This document shows, piece by piece, positions 1 through 13,031 of a DNA stretch of 64,000 nucleotides. The DNA comes from Antedon mediterranea. Taxonomy: Eukaryota; Animalia; Echinodermata. Position 1 is the first letter of the stretch; the number at the start of each line of letters is the position of its first letter. Made by a program: the position numbers and the translations under genes. The notes under the pieces were generated by a model. It saw only the letters and a list, made by a program, of their open reading frames with translations. It had not been told where the DNA came from and did no database searches. The stretch spans positions 7,966,201-8,030,200 of the forward strand of contig NC_092679.1 in NCBI RefSeq assembly GCF_964355755.1, given 5' to 3'.

Positions 1-3000
1 TTTAAGTTACACAATTCAGAACATTTACATTGCTTATGTTTTATAACTGTATCTGAAGTAATGTCACTGGTTATTATATAGCAATCATGTTTTTTTTTAT
101 ATTTCAAAATGTTGTCTCATTATATTTTTATTTACACACATACTTTATAAGTACTTTATTATTTCACTCTGCAACATTGTGGATTTGTCATACTTTGCCA
201 TCATTTGTAATTTTAGTCTCTGGTAGATAATTACGAGGAATGAATCAATTAAACCAAGATAAAAGAATGTTTTGTATTGCGTTTCATTGATGACCCATTG
301 CTAAAAGTAGTGGATGGATCAAGTGCAGTGTTACAATCTGAATCGCATTATTATTATTCGTATAATAATAAAACGTGTTTCTGCCGTGTTATATACGGTA
401 ACTGCATGCGCGCGATGTCCACACGTCGTACGTGAAGTTAAACAAACACTGAGGGCGCTGTATATAAAATATCTCATTTTCTGAATGAATGAATGAATGA
501 TTTGCTCGGCATTTAATAATTGGACTCTGCTCTGCAATGTTTAGATATGTTTATTTAAATAATATTTCGGCAGTTACCATAATTCGTCTAGACTTTCCCA
601 CACCAAAGGAATTGGTCCGTCCATCGATCGCTGTGGTCTACCATAAATCGAGAATAAACAAAAAACCAAAAGTTCACCTCCTCCCAAACCAAAATATTGT
701 AGCATTTCGATCTACCCCGACCTCACGTATTACCGGCCCATCCCATCCTTTTATTGTAAACATGAATTTATTAGAAAACATAGGTACAGTGGCTAACATT
801 AGCCCCTTTTACACAGAGCTTGTGTTTCTTCATTTATGAGGTCCTCGTTCATGAATTTTTAAATTGAAACCAATCGGAAAATACTGCGATTGCTAACATA
901 TGGTGATTTAACGAGACCTTCAATAAATGTTTGCTTTAACAAAGTCATCTTCTCTTATTACAATATAGCTCTGTTTTTATGGTAAATGAAAAGCGATACA
1001 TACCACACCCTCAATTCAAAATCCCGAATACGGTCATCGAATCGTGTGTAGGCCTAATTACAAACAGCCCAGAATAGGCGAAATACATAATATAGTAAGA
1101 CATTGAACATGACACTATAGATAATTTAACGTTACGTCGTAAACAACGTATAAAATAAACACATCAGACCATCTGTACCGTAACTATAATTATTTTCGGT
1201 TTATGTTTTCGTTTTCGGTATTCCGTATTGCACTTAACCTATGTTGTAATATTGCACATAGTCATGGCTTATGTTAAACCCTGACCGCATTGCGTGCCCT
1301 ACCAAAGCTTAGGGGATTAATTTATAACCTCCAGTTATACAATACCGTATATCGTACTACCATATCGTAATGCAGTTGAATTATGTATTATGTTACTAAT
1401 TTGTTTTCCCAATACTAACGCATTGAACTTCAAGAACAAGTGATGATTGTTTAATCGTCTTAAGTATCTGAAGCTGTTTTGATTTCTACAAAATGTGCGC
1501 AATTGCAAATCGTGACGTGTGCTGGAGGCGTTGCCCTGGTGAACAACCCGTGACATTCTATGTGAGGTCCTACTGTTTTAACTATAGGCCTAATAATAAC
1601 CATTTTCAATCAATCGATTTTTTTTCCTCAATCAGGAAAAAGATGTAAACAACAAGTATAAAAGACAAAAGACAAATAAAATGTATTTATTGATAAACAA
1701 AATAAAAAGAATAGACCTACCAATAACATAGGTCTACAACTATATGCATTTAAAAGTGATCAAACCAAATAATTCAACAAAAGCACCGTGGTACTCAGAG
1801 TACTACCTTTTTTTTTTCGTCTCATGCTACTTCTAAACTTTTGAGAAGAGAAAAGTCGGCGACTTGATTCGCGGTGTTACTTTATGAACAATCAAGTATA
1901 CTCTTGGAGACAAAAACAAATTGACGCGCACGACTGATTGTTGAAAAGTCATTAAAAGATGGTTATGTCATGGACCTATCTATATAGGCCCATGGTTATA
2001 TACTCTGACGAGATCTAATAAGGTCGAAACAGAGGCCACTGTCTGCAGATTGGATATAATATGTATATATAATTATTTAAATACTCGGTGTACGGTATAG
2101 GCTGCATTTAAGAAATTAACATGAATCACTTAATGTCATAATGATGCTGAGTGGTACTGTTTTCTGAAAATTAAACATGTGTCATGAGCGGAAATAAATG
2201 TGTGGTTAATGAGGGATTGTATCAATTAATCCTAACCATGGAGTAATGTATTAACCAAAGCAGACAACCTCAACGAACCAAGGTCGTCGTCGTGTCAGGT
2301 GGCTGAAGATGAGCACGCATCAGCTGATGATCTTGACGTCTTGAAAGTCAACCTCAACTGACCTTTCTCCAGTACGAATTCTAGCACATTCTTCATCATT
2401 TAAATTATTCGTTCCAATTATAAACATTAAACGAATCGTCTGTTGAACGTATTTAAATTATATTACATTATCATCTATCATACCGTATTCATTTCTGAAA
2501 TTATTATAATTTTTGTCAACAAATCTTCTTCAGCTGAGTACGAACATGGACCCAGTCGTGCTGTAGGCCTATGGAGTGTTTTGCATACGCCATTATTTGT
2601 GCTCTCTCAGATTTAGACATAGCAACGAATCATAAAGAAAGTTAACAATATCCTACTCACTTTTTAGACTAACATCACTCATTAAATCAAATTAAACACG
2701 ATTACGTTTTTTTTTTATTGACATTTTAAACTAAATAAAACTAAAGTAGGCACACAATGACTGTCCAGTTCAGACGCACTCAGTTCCGACCGCGGCAACA
2801 GGACTGCTAAGTATGCGCGTGACGAAAATGGTGGAGTGCACAGGCCTAGCCGGCCTAGGCTAATTTGTAGTTTGTTAACTAATTAAATCTACATTCCTAC
2901 ATAATTCGTTTTTATTTCTTAAATATATTGCAACAAGAATGATATAGATAGGCCTTCTGAAAACAGCCATATACTCACTTTTTGGGCTTTTTAGGATGAA

Positions 3001-4215
3001 TGGTGTCCTCTTGATTTGAAATTGACAGGGAAAAGAGATCGTCTGACGTTTTCAACAATCCTAGTGATTTGATTGGTCGAAAGTCATGCTGCTATTTTAA
3101 AGGTTGAACCGTGATATCAAAGAATATATATCACAAGAATGAGTATTCCGCGATTTTTGCATCAGAAATTTGTAACAGAACCGATCGAAACATTTATTTT
3201 CTTTAAATGTAACTACATAATTTCCAAGGGATATACATTTTTTATATTAGCTTTGTTTTGTTTTTATATCTTAATTTGAGACTCAAATGCAATAATATTT
3301 TAAATTCACTTGTTGCTAATTTATCAAAAGAGAGTTTTTAGTATAAGGTTATTTAATGTAGTTTTACAATGTTAGTAAGAGCAATGTTGCTATGTTTAAT
3401 ATCCTTTTATGTACGTTGTGTTGTCTTATTTCTGAATTTCTGTCTTGTTCGATGTAATAGTTATTTACCGTATGTATCTATATGAACTGTAATTATCCAA
3501 TCTTATATATTTTTTTTAATATATAGATGACAATAACGATTATTTGAGGATTGAGACCGAAGAAAGTCATATTGTCAACTTGCCAATGTATTAAACATCC
3601 CTTGCATCGTTTTTATGATCGTTATGTTTTTTTAGCTAGTTGCTATGGATAAAACTCAATCAATAAACAAGCATCAAATAATTATAGATAATATATTTAT
3701 TATATACTCTCATTGAGGAATACAATTACTATTGTTAAAATGAAAGATTTACTACGAGCACAGCGCTCTGAACAACAGTAGTAGTAACAGTACAGACACT
3801 ATAGACCTATAATTTTACTTTCAATGGATAATAGAGGGCGCAATTCAGCATTAGGTGTGATATAAGTACAGTACTGTATATAACAAATGAATAAAATAAA
3901 AATAAACTAATAACTAAGAATATTATAGAAAATAGGAAAGAAATGAGTCATTTGTACAAAATGGCAAATGTAAATGATGTATACTATTATTTCATATACT
4001 AAATTGGTTATGTTGAAATATTTTGTACATAATTTGTAAAAATCTAGAAATAATTGGAAAATGTATGGTCCACATGTCATCTAAATTAGAGTTAAAGGCT
4101 GGATATTACTTCATCAATTATCTACTAAAATATCAGAAACAGATTTTTTGATAACATTGGGTGAGGATAACACATAACACAAAACAATGTTTTTTTACAT
4201 AAAACATGATATGAA

Positions 4216-6138
4216 TTATTCTAGTTGTTGCAGCTCCATTAACTGTTTAAGAACTTTGGTCTGACTTGTCTCTCGAATCTCACCGGCAAGAAACATCTCA
4301 TCAACAACTGAGTACACTTTGTAGAAATTAAAAACCAAGTCCAGCTCGCAGACATTGTGAAAATATTCATTCAGCACCTGTAAAGAACATCATCATTTAA
4401 ATGATTGCCAACATGCTTGTTTGTGCAGACAGAGTATCCATGTTTTCTACACATCACGCTATACTAATAAATAAATTCTATATTCATTATAACTATCATC
4501 TTTATTGTAAATAATCACTGTATATATCTTATATTTAATTTTTTTTTGTACAAAAATCACTGTACTACACGTTATTATGGTATCATTATTATTATGATTG
4601 CATACAGTTCACAAGATATGTTAAATAACTGTGTGATTTGGTCAAGCAGCCATGGGACTATAGTTGTTTGAAATGTAATACGTGTACACAAACCTACCTC
4701 AACAAAATTGTGTATAGCTTCTAAATAGGCTAAGTTATTATCGCTAACATCTACGCATATGCAGAAATATAATCCTGCATATCGACGATATACAATCTTG
4801 AAATTTCTGAACTGTAAAAAAAATAGAGAATTTATTGAAAACACAGTAATATTAATGTAACAATAATTGTTTATGAAAATGTGTATAATTTGTATAACTT
4901 GTCAAAATTATTCATCATACTTTATTTATTAGGTCATGCTGGATCATCATAAAACTTAAAGACCCATTCCCTACAAATTTTGATATTTTGTAAAAATAAT
5001 GCATATATATTATTTAAAGTCAAGTATCACTTAGAATCGACTTATTTTTCAAATTTTTAACCATTTAAAGAGGAAAAAAGTTATCGCAATAGGACCATAT
5101 ACTAATAGTATTTATTTTTACATTAAATGTAGTTTGTGACCCTTAAATTAGATCTAAAAAACGTAGGGAATGGGACTTTAAATAAATATAAATTCAATAT
5201 TCCACAAAACAAAAACAATTCCATACTTCAACAAAATTAGTATGTTTTGCATCTCTAACAGTGACAAGTGCATGGACTTCTTCAATTAACTTCTGCTTCT
5301 CATCATCATCAAAGGCCATGTACCATTTCGCCAGTCTTGTTTTTCCAGCACGATTTTGAATGAGAATAAACCGAATCTATAGAATATACAAGACAAGCAA
5401 AATTAACTCTTGGGAAACACACATTTAAAATTCTGTTATACATCAATTTTATACATTAATGGAGTGTTGAATAATAAATAATAATAATAGTAAAAAAAAG
5501 AACAATGAATGTCATTTTCTATTATTATTATTGTATATTGTATTTTATAATAAATAATGATGGAGTAAGAACAGTTTTCTGTTTCGGCTCATGCCAATTA
5601 CTTGCTCATGGCAAGATGAAATGTGAAATGTACTTTTAAGAACTTTTGCCGAATAAATATTATTATTATTATTAATTATTAGAACTTAGGTAGGGCCTAC
5701 TGTACTAACTACTAAGTCTATGCCTATATTATTATCATTATTATAGGCTAGTATTACTATTATACTAATACTACTGTATTACTAAACTTTGCAATGCATA
5801 AATACGAGACCATATTGAAATTCAATTAATTACATTTTCATAATCCTGACCGTGTAGGCCTAACAACAGGGTATCATGGCCACAATGACCTTTCCGTAAG
5901 AGCCGCAACAGACAGCAAATTTCCGTACGGCGTAAGGTGGTTTTCATAGAAGACGTACCACTCTACACGTCGGAAGGCCTACTAACTACTCTACTACTAT
6001 TCTAAAGGCCTACGTTATTAACTACTACTAGCCTTCTTAAATTATATTTTTAAAACTTATTTACTTATTAAAAAATTGTCAAGCTATCAAGAATATCAAA
6101 TGAACACCTTATAATAAGAACAATACATTATTTACCAT
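4216..6138 (-). CDS. AP2S1: AP-2 complex subunit sigma, 142 aa; exons 6136-6138 (ATG only), 5227-5376, 4698-4811, 4216-4377
   Basis: Spliced translation [142 protein letters not shown]. All introns are GT-AG and the length matches the known 142 aa. Confidence 0.98.
4960..5177. mobile_element. Kolobok-like MITE in AP2S1 intron 2
   Basis: TTAA|AGACCCATTCCCTAC...GTAGGGAATGGGACT|TTAA: terminal inverted repeats with a TTAA TSD. A partial second copy lies at ~12230-12367. Confidence 0.75.
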
Positions 6139-8043
6139 TTTAACTAAAAAATTTACTTTTCGGGCGCCGCCGACGATAAGGTCACTCCTTCACTTTCACG
6201 CATAAATACAATAATACTTCCGGTTAGGGAAGTATAATGATTTATTCCATAGAATTATAATATGTATTCAGTCCAAAACTATTCTACAAAATTAAAATAT
6301 ACACATAGTACGTCAAACTCTGGTTATAATTCTTTAAATGAATTTTCGCCGTATATTCTATAACGCTGTACTGTACTATTAAACATTTATTTCCTAAATA
6401 TATAATGGAATCGGCCAGCTGTAATAATAAATAATTTATTTGTTGTGTAGTGTATACTCCACTATGTAGGATAAGAAGCATGGTAATCTCTTCTTCCTCG
6501 GTCACATTTGCCTCATTTTAATATATGTCATCAAAGAACTTATAACACTCTTTGATGTCATGTAATATATGTTATTATGAATAATAAACAGTTTATTACG
6601 TCATACTATACAACCGGGATTTTACCTCTTGAATATTCATAAGATAAAGTTTCATACAACCGGCCGTGTGTGATGATACTCTAAATGTGTTACCATATTT
6701 TCCCGCATATTTTACCTTGATAGATTGGTATTCTTATAAGAAATACGTATAAAATAAGAATATCAGATACTTTAATTAATTTTAATCATAATTTTGGCTT
6801 TAATCTATACTTAATTGGTACATTATTTTTTAGTAGTTATAGACAGTTAGTAGTACCAGTAGTATAGTACTAGTGACTTTGCAGGTGTACTTGTTCCTGA
6901 AGAGTTTCTGGTTATTTTAATATTCTTTATTTTTTAACGAACAACTGTAAAAAACTGTCATGTTCTGATAGGCAAACAAAGTTATAAGCAAAAATATCCT
7001 CCAGGGTGGATTTAAAATGCAGTTTTAAAACGCAGTCTGTGTTAAAAATGGGGGTTTTTCAGATTCCATTTTGGCCCCCATTGGTTCAAAGAAGGCGAAT
7101 AATTAAATTTTTAATAATTCCCACTTCTAGTGAAAATTGTAGTATGGTTTTGTCTATGTGTATGTATGTGTGAAACAATTATCTTAAAAGATACTGTAGA
7201 TTTGTATTGTATTAGTTAACCCTACAGACCGATGAACTGTAGGAACCTTGTAGTATAGTCTGTTTATGATCTCTACATAAGAAAGTAAGTACTGTATTGT
7301 ATAAAGTTGAGATAAAGTATCCATGTCTATGTTAAAGACATTTGTGTGATGATACCAAATATAAATGATTAGGAATGTGACTCAAGTTTCTGTCTTCTAC
7401 AACAATTTTAAAGACCATGATGTCATTTAAATTCCATCTAAACTACTCATCCCAAATTTATGTGATGAGGTCATAATTAAGGCACCTTAAGGGTACCTTT
7501 TCTCTTTATTTAGTTATAGTTATAGCCTACCTAGAAAACATGACACTGTGTTTGATTTCAGTAATTGTTTAATTTCCCGAAGTAGCTATTTAAAAAAAAA
7601 TGTGTTTTTTATCTGACAAATCTTTTAGACTTGTAATAAAATCGTATTGAAGAAATACAGGTGTATTAGGTATAAGCCTAATCTGACTGAAAAGTTCAAT
7701 TTTTGGTGAATAATTATCTCACTATACCCTATATAATAGTGTTACCGTTGTCAGCAGCCCAAAATCAAATTTTGATGAATATGTGTTCACTTAATTTGGT
7801 AATTGTTTTCAAGAAATCACTTAAATTGAAAATGAAAAATCCAGTTTATTCATAATAATCATTACATAGTATTGCGGCACAATATTGTAGTGCAAGTGAA
7901 ACTTATGAATACTCAAGAGGTAAAATCCCAGTATAGTATGACGTAATCAACTGTTTATTATTCATGAGAGTGTTGTTCAGCCTAGCGTGACATATATTAA
8001 AATGAGGCAAATGTGACCGAGGAAGAAGAGATTACCAAGAAGC
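6139..8043. promoter_or_regulatory. Divergent (head-to-head) promoter region between AP2S1 and POLR1C
   Basis: The start codons at 6138 (-) and 8044 (+) diverge. ETS-type motif ACTTCCGG at 6216-6223. Confidence 0.6.
6577..7965. mobile_element. Non-autonomous TIR element (~1.4 kb), family unassigned
   Basis: ~65-bp imperfect inverted repeats: ATGAATAATAAACAGTTTATTACGTCATACTATAC...GGGATTTTACCTCTTGAATATTCATAAG versus 7901-7965. No clear TSD. Confidence 0.6.
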
Positions 8044-11000
8044 ATGGCGTCGAACAGTAACAACATCATGGACAAACGAATGGAAGAAATACGAACTAAA
8101 ATAGAGCTAAAAGAACACAGCATAGTTAATGTATGTTTAGCTTTTACTACATAAATAGACAAGAATAGGCCGAAGGCATAGACCTATATATTAATAAATA
8201 AGTCGTCGAATGTTCTTAAAAATCAATAAACACTGCATTGTTGACTGCCAACTAAATTCATGGATGGGTCATGACATTTATATTATGATTACACACATAA
8301 CTTTTATGTTGTTCATTGCAAGGATTATATTGTTTGACATTATTAGTGTAACAATATTTTGGGGCCATTGGGGCCATTTTAATTTAATAATTAATGAGTT
8401 TGTCCAAAAATTGGATTATTACTAATTAGAACAAAATTGTTTACTTGAAAAACTCAGGAACTGTAATTTCAAGAAAAAAAAATAAATTGGCTGCCAGCCA
8501 AATGAGTTTTTGGTTCAACTTAACCGTTTATTGATGAAAACATTATTCTTACAGTTTTTTTTTCTATAAAAGTGAACTTTATTAAAACTATAACAAATTG
8601 CCTATTCAAAAGTCTGATTTTATTAATCTTCATTTTTCATATTTTGTGAGTACAATACATCTTTAATTAATAATAATATTTTTTTCTTTCAATTGATTTC
8701 ATTTCAGGTAAACAGCACAGATTTTCCAGGAGGTTATACTGGTATTGATGATTCTTGGAACTTGGACAAGTTTGCAAAGGTAGATTAGTTTTAGTTAAGT
8801 GTTTAAAATGAAAAATGTATAAAATTAAAGATGTCATGATAGACATGTGTCATTAATTAATTTAAAAATTGTTTCAAAAGTTGAATATTGTTTCAAAAGT
8901 TGAATAGTTTTTAGTACTAATAAACATAATTTTGTTTTTATTGATAGAAATTTCGGATAGATGTTGTTGACATAAAAGACGATAGAATAGAATTTGATAT
9001 GGTTGGTGTGGATGCATCAGTTGCAAATGCATTTAGAAGAATATTGTTAGCAGAGGTAATCATTCTGTTTTAAGTATTGTTTTTTATGATTAAAGACTTC
9101 ATATGACAATAATTAACCTTGAAATTAACAACATTCTTTATTCAGATATCAACACATGTGCTCTACAATATATCCACCATGTTGCCTCTGCATTCAGATA
9201 TCAACACATATGCTCTACAATATATCCACCATGTTGCCTCTGTATTCAGATATCAACACATGTGCTCTACAATATATCCACCATGTTGCCTCTGTATTCA
9301 GATATCAACACATATGCTCTACAATATATCCACCATGTTGCCTCTGTATTCAGATATCAACACATGTTCTCTACAATATATCCACCATGTTGCCTCTGTA
9401 TTCAGATATCAACACATATGCTCTACAATATATCCACCATGTTGCCTCTGTATTCAGATATCAACACATGTGCTCTACAATATATCCACCATGTTGCCTC
9501 TGTATTCAGATATCAACACATGTGCTCTACAATATATCCACCATGTTGCCTCTGTATTCAGATATCAACACATGTTCTCTACAATATATCCACCATGTTG
9601 CCTCTGCCCCGGATAGAGGGTGATATCACTCTTTATACATGCAACATCTTTCCTTTTTTCAAAGACAAGCAAAAGTTATGTTCTCTTAACTCTGACCAAA
9701 CAAGCGAGTTAACTTATACTCGTAACAAATAAATATAAACCAAATAACATCTCAATATGAACACAATTTGTTTTTTTCTCTCTACAGTGTCTTTTTTTAA
9801 ACCAACTTAACTATATCTAACTAAACTAAACTGATTCGAAACTAATATTTAAACATAATCTTTAAGGTAACGTGGTTTCTTTCTGATTCTTGTGCTGCGT
9901 CTTGTATTGGTTGGAGTTTCAGTTGCCTGACTTGTACTTTGTACTTGTGTTTTATCTGTCTTGGAAGGCGTTCGATTGTGCTTGTGTGTGCGTGAAGTGG
10001 TACGATTGATAATAGCAAATGGTTCAGCGCTTAATTGAAGATGTCGTCGATTTCTGATGTAGTTTGCGCCACTTTCTATTTGTACTCTGTATGATCTACA
10101 ACTGACCATTTCTGTGACTCGTGCTTTCTTCCACTCTTTGCAATGTGGCTTAGGTTTCATTCTGACGGTGTCTCCTGGTTGGAGAGATGGTTCTTTTGCG
10201 CCATGGTCAAATAATTTTTTCTGCTGTCTCTGCTTCTTTTGTTTTTTCTCAACGATGTTCTCAGGGATATTTGGAGCAAGGTGTGAACTTCTAGGGCATT
10301 TTGACCAATGCATGTGATAAACGTAGCAACACGATATTGCATTGCCTGATTTTTTAAACCTGTTAGTAACTCGTACAATGTCCACAACTGCTTAAACATT
10401 TGCCAGTTTGTTTTCATATTTCCTTTTAAAGATATATTGGGAGGGAGAGGAACCCTAACATTCTTAATACCATAACCTGCAGGAGGTAAATTGCCATCCG
10501 GCGGTGGAAGTTCCTCATTGTCAGACATGTTTATAAAACTGGTAAAACACACTGATCTTAATCTAGGCCTAGATTGAAACTGAATTTAACAATGTATACT
10601 ATAAACTTACTTAATAGTACAGTATTAGTATATTACTACACTCGATACAACACAGGGCACTGCTTCCACACTACACAGCGTAACTGATAATACGTCTTAG
10701 GCCTATACCGCGTCAATAAATCAATCACAAAACTGCTTGATTGAGACAGCTACTAGTACTGCTGATCATGGAGGTATGATACTGATAGTGCTGGACGATC
10801 ACGCTAGATATCTCCGTAGCGTAGAGCGTTGCCTCTGCCCCGGATAGAGGGCGATATCACTCTTTATACATGCAACACATTCTAACATTTACATTTTTAT
10901 TTTCTGATAGAACCAACAACATTTTGTAGCCAAGTAAATTCAGGAGATAAAAGATTTCAATTTGCTAAAGTTGTTTATCACTAATTTCTTACTTCTAGTT

Positions 11001-13031
11001 ACCAACAATGGCTATTGAGAAAGTGTTTATATTGAACAATACATCGCTGATCCAAGATGAAGTATTAGCGCATCGACTTGGCCTCATTCCAATCAAAGCA
11101 GACCCTCGACTCTTTGAATATCAACAGGAAGGTAAGAATTGTATACAAAAGTAGTCCTTGATTCTAGACAATAACAACATAATACAAGTTGTATTGTTTT
11201 TACCAATAGAATGTTTTTCTTCATCTCCTGCAGATATGCATTTGAAAATTTGTAATTTAAACAATCATGAATATCCCTGAATTTCCTGACAGACTATAGA
11301 AATAATCATTATTTATACCCTAGTAACTTGTTTAGCCAAAATATTCATTCTGAAAATAGGTGATGATGAAGGAAGCCCTGAAGATACTGTTGAATTCAAT
11401 TTAAAGATAAAGTGCACACGAAATCCAAATGCACCCAAAGATGCAACCGATCCTGAAGAACTCTACAGAAATTGCAAAGGTAACTTGTGTAACAACATCC
11501 ATGATAAATAGTTATACTGAATTTTGCAATTTTGTAATACAGAGATAGTCCTAGGGTGACATCCTATTTTCCATACAAAAATACAGTATTAATAAAAAGT
11601 CCCAAGGTTAATAATTAAAATGTATTTATAGTATGGACAAAAGATATGAAATGGATTCCAAGAGGCAATCAGGAAGACTTGGTAAGTGGTATTTATGTAT
11701 AATTATCCTGTTTATTTAATCCTTTATTTATTGTTTCTAAAATTGTGACTGTATTTTTTAAAAATAATATAGTATTTTGAATTTTATGTATGTATTAATT
11801 ATACTGTTTTTCAAAGCTGTTAGTGGTAGTTGGTATAAATAAAACAAATAACGAGATACTTTTAATTTTATAGTATGGGCAAAATGCTTTTAAACCTGTA
11901 AATGATGATATCTTAATTGCAAAGTTGAGACCGGGTCAAGAAATTGATGTCAAGTTAAACTGTGTAAAAGGCATTGGCAAAGACCATGCTAAGTTTTCAC
12001 CTGTCGGTAATTACACTCTTACCTGCATTATTTAAGGTCACATGAATAAAAAAAAAATGGGTTAATTACAGAAAAACAAGGCCATATACATGGCTGCAGT
12101 CGCTTGCTCAAGTTAGTGTTTACCGACCGACCGACCTAACATAGTAAGCTGTAGAGTTGCACGCGACTAAAAACGAAAATATCAATCTGTGCTAAATGAA
12201 TATTGTGATTTATAGCAGGCCACTTAAATTATTAGAATCGATTTATTTTTCACATTTTTTAACCGTTTAAAGCAGAAAAAAGTTATCTCAATAAGACCAT
12301 ATAGTATTTATTTTAAATGTAGTTTGTGACCTTAAATTAGATCTAAAAAGCGTAGGGAATGGGACTTTGATAATAAAGATAATTTATTCTATCCAACATT
12401 GACTGTTGAATAATTTGTTTTTATTTTGTGAAAAACCTTTAGCCACTGCATCCTACAGAATGTTACCCGATGTATCACTCAATAGTGAAGTGACAGGAAC
12501 ATTAGCTGAAAGATTGGTGGCGTGCTTCTCAAAAAATGTTATGGAGATAAGAGAAATAGATGGTTAGTGTCAACTAGTGCACAAATTGTAATGTAAACAC
12601 AAATATTTCTTGGACAATTGACAAAATATTTTTGTATTAATTTCAGGTGTGAAACATGCAGTTGTAGTAAACCCTCGTCATGAAACTTGTAGCAGAGAAG
12701 TATTTAGACATGAGGTAAGGCGTTTACCAAGCAATCTTCTGAACTTATTTTCAACTTAATTTTGTAATGACTTTTTTTTTTTAGGATTTGAAGGATTTGG
12801 TTAAATTAACAAGAATTCGTGATCATTTTATTTGTAAGTATTAATATATTTTTGTTATTTATATAACTTGTAACATTTTTCCTGAATGAAATGGATAAGT
12901 TGTTTTCTTTAGTTTCAGTTGAGTCAACAGGAGCATTACCACCAAATGTCTTGGTTTCTGAAGCTATCAAAGTGTTGATGTCAAAGTGTAAGCAGTTTCT
13001 ATCTGAGCTTGACAGTGTTACCACATCATAA
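8044..13031 (+). CDS. POLR1C: RNA polymerases I and III subunit RPAC1; exons 8044-8130, 8708-8779, 8948-9055, 10999-11131, 11360-11479, 11632-11681, 11874-12006, 12443-12562, 12647-12714, 12785-12833, 12913-13031
   Basis: Spliced motifs [112 protein letters not shown]. Intron phases are consistent. Confidence 0.97.
9066..10877 (-). mobile_element. Internally deleted Ty3/Gypsy (Mag/K02A2.6-like) LTR retrotransposon in POLR1C intron 3
   Basis: TG...CA termini with 5-bp TSD CATTC (9061-9065 and 10878-10882). PPT GAAAAAAGGAAAGA abuts the 3' LTR at 9647, and ~50 bp of LTR is repeated at 10828-10877. Gag N-terminus ([21 protein letters not shown]...VATFITCIG) is joined to an integrase C-terminus (LQPGDTVRM...RNRRHL...[17 protein letters not shown]). 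Confidence 0.88.
9141..9606. repeat. 52-bp tandem repeat, ~9 copies, inside the LTR
   Basis: Unit TTCAGATATCAACACATGTGCTCTACAATATATCCACCATGTTGCCTCTGTA at 9141, 9193, 9245 and onward. Confidence 0.97.
12075..12172 (-). mobile_element. ~95-bp minimal Helentron/DINE-1-like (HINE) element in POLR1C intron 7
   Basis: AACAAGGCC...AGTCGC...(CCGA)n...ACATAGT...ACGCGACTAAAA, the same termini as 14529-21042, inserted in an A-run. Confidence 0.6.

Noticed and set aside
1-4200. Possible gene or 5' exons in the first 4 kb (CpG-richer patches, donor-like sites near 2655 and 2970)
   Set aside because: No recognisable coding frame or splice-consistent exon chain. It may be regulatory DNA of a gene outside the window, but I cannot support that.
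9103-9732. Three overlapping Cys/His-rich repetitive ORFs
   Set aside because: They are translations of a stop-free 52-bp tandem repeat in an intronic LTR, not a gene.
12806-13024. Minus-strand ORFs antisense to real exons (also 7977-8162, 26743-26949, 32962-33144)
   Set aside because: They are shadow ORFs of POLR1C, LRR and TMED10 exons.
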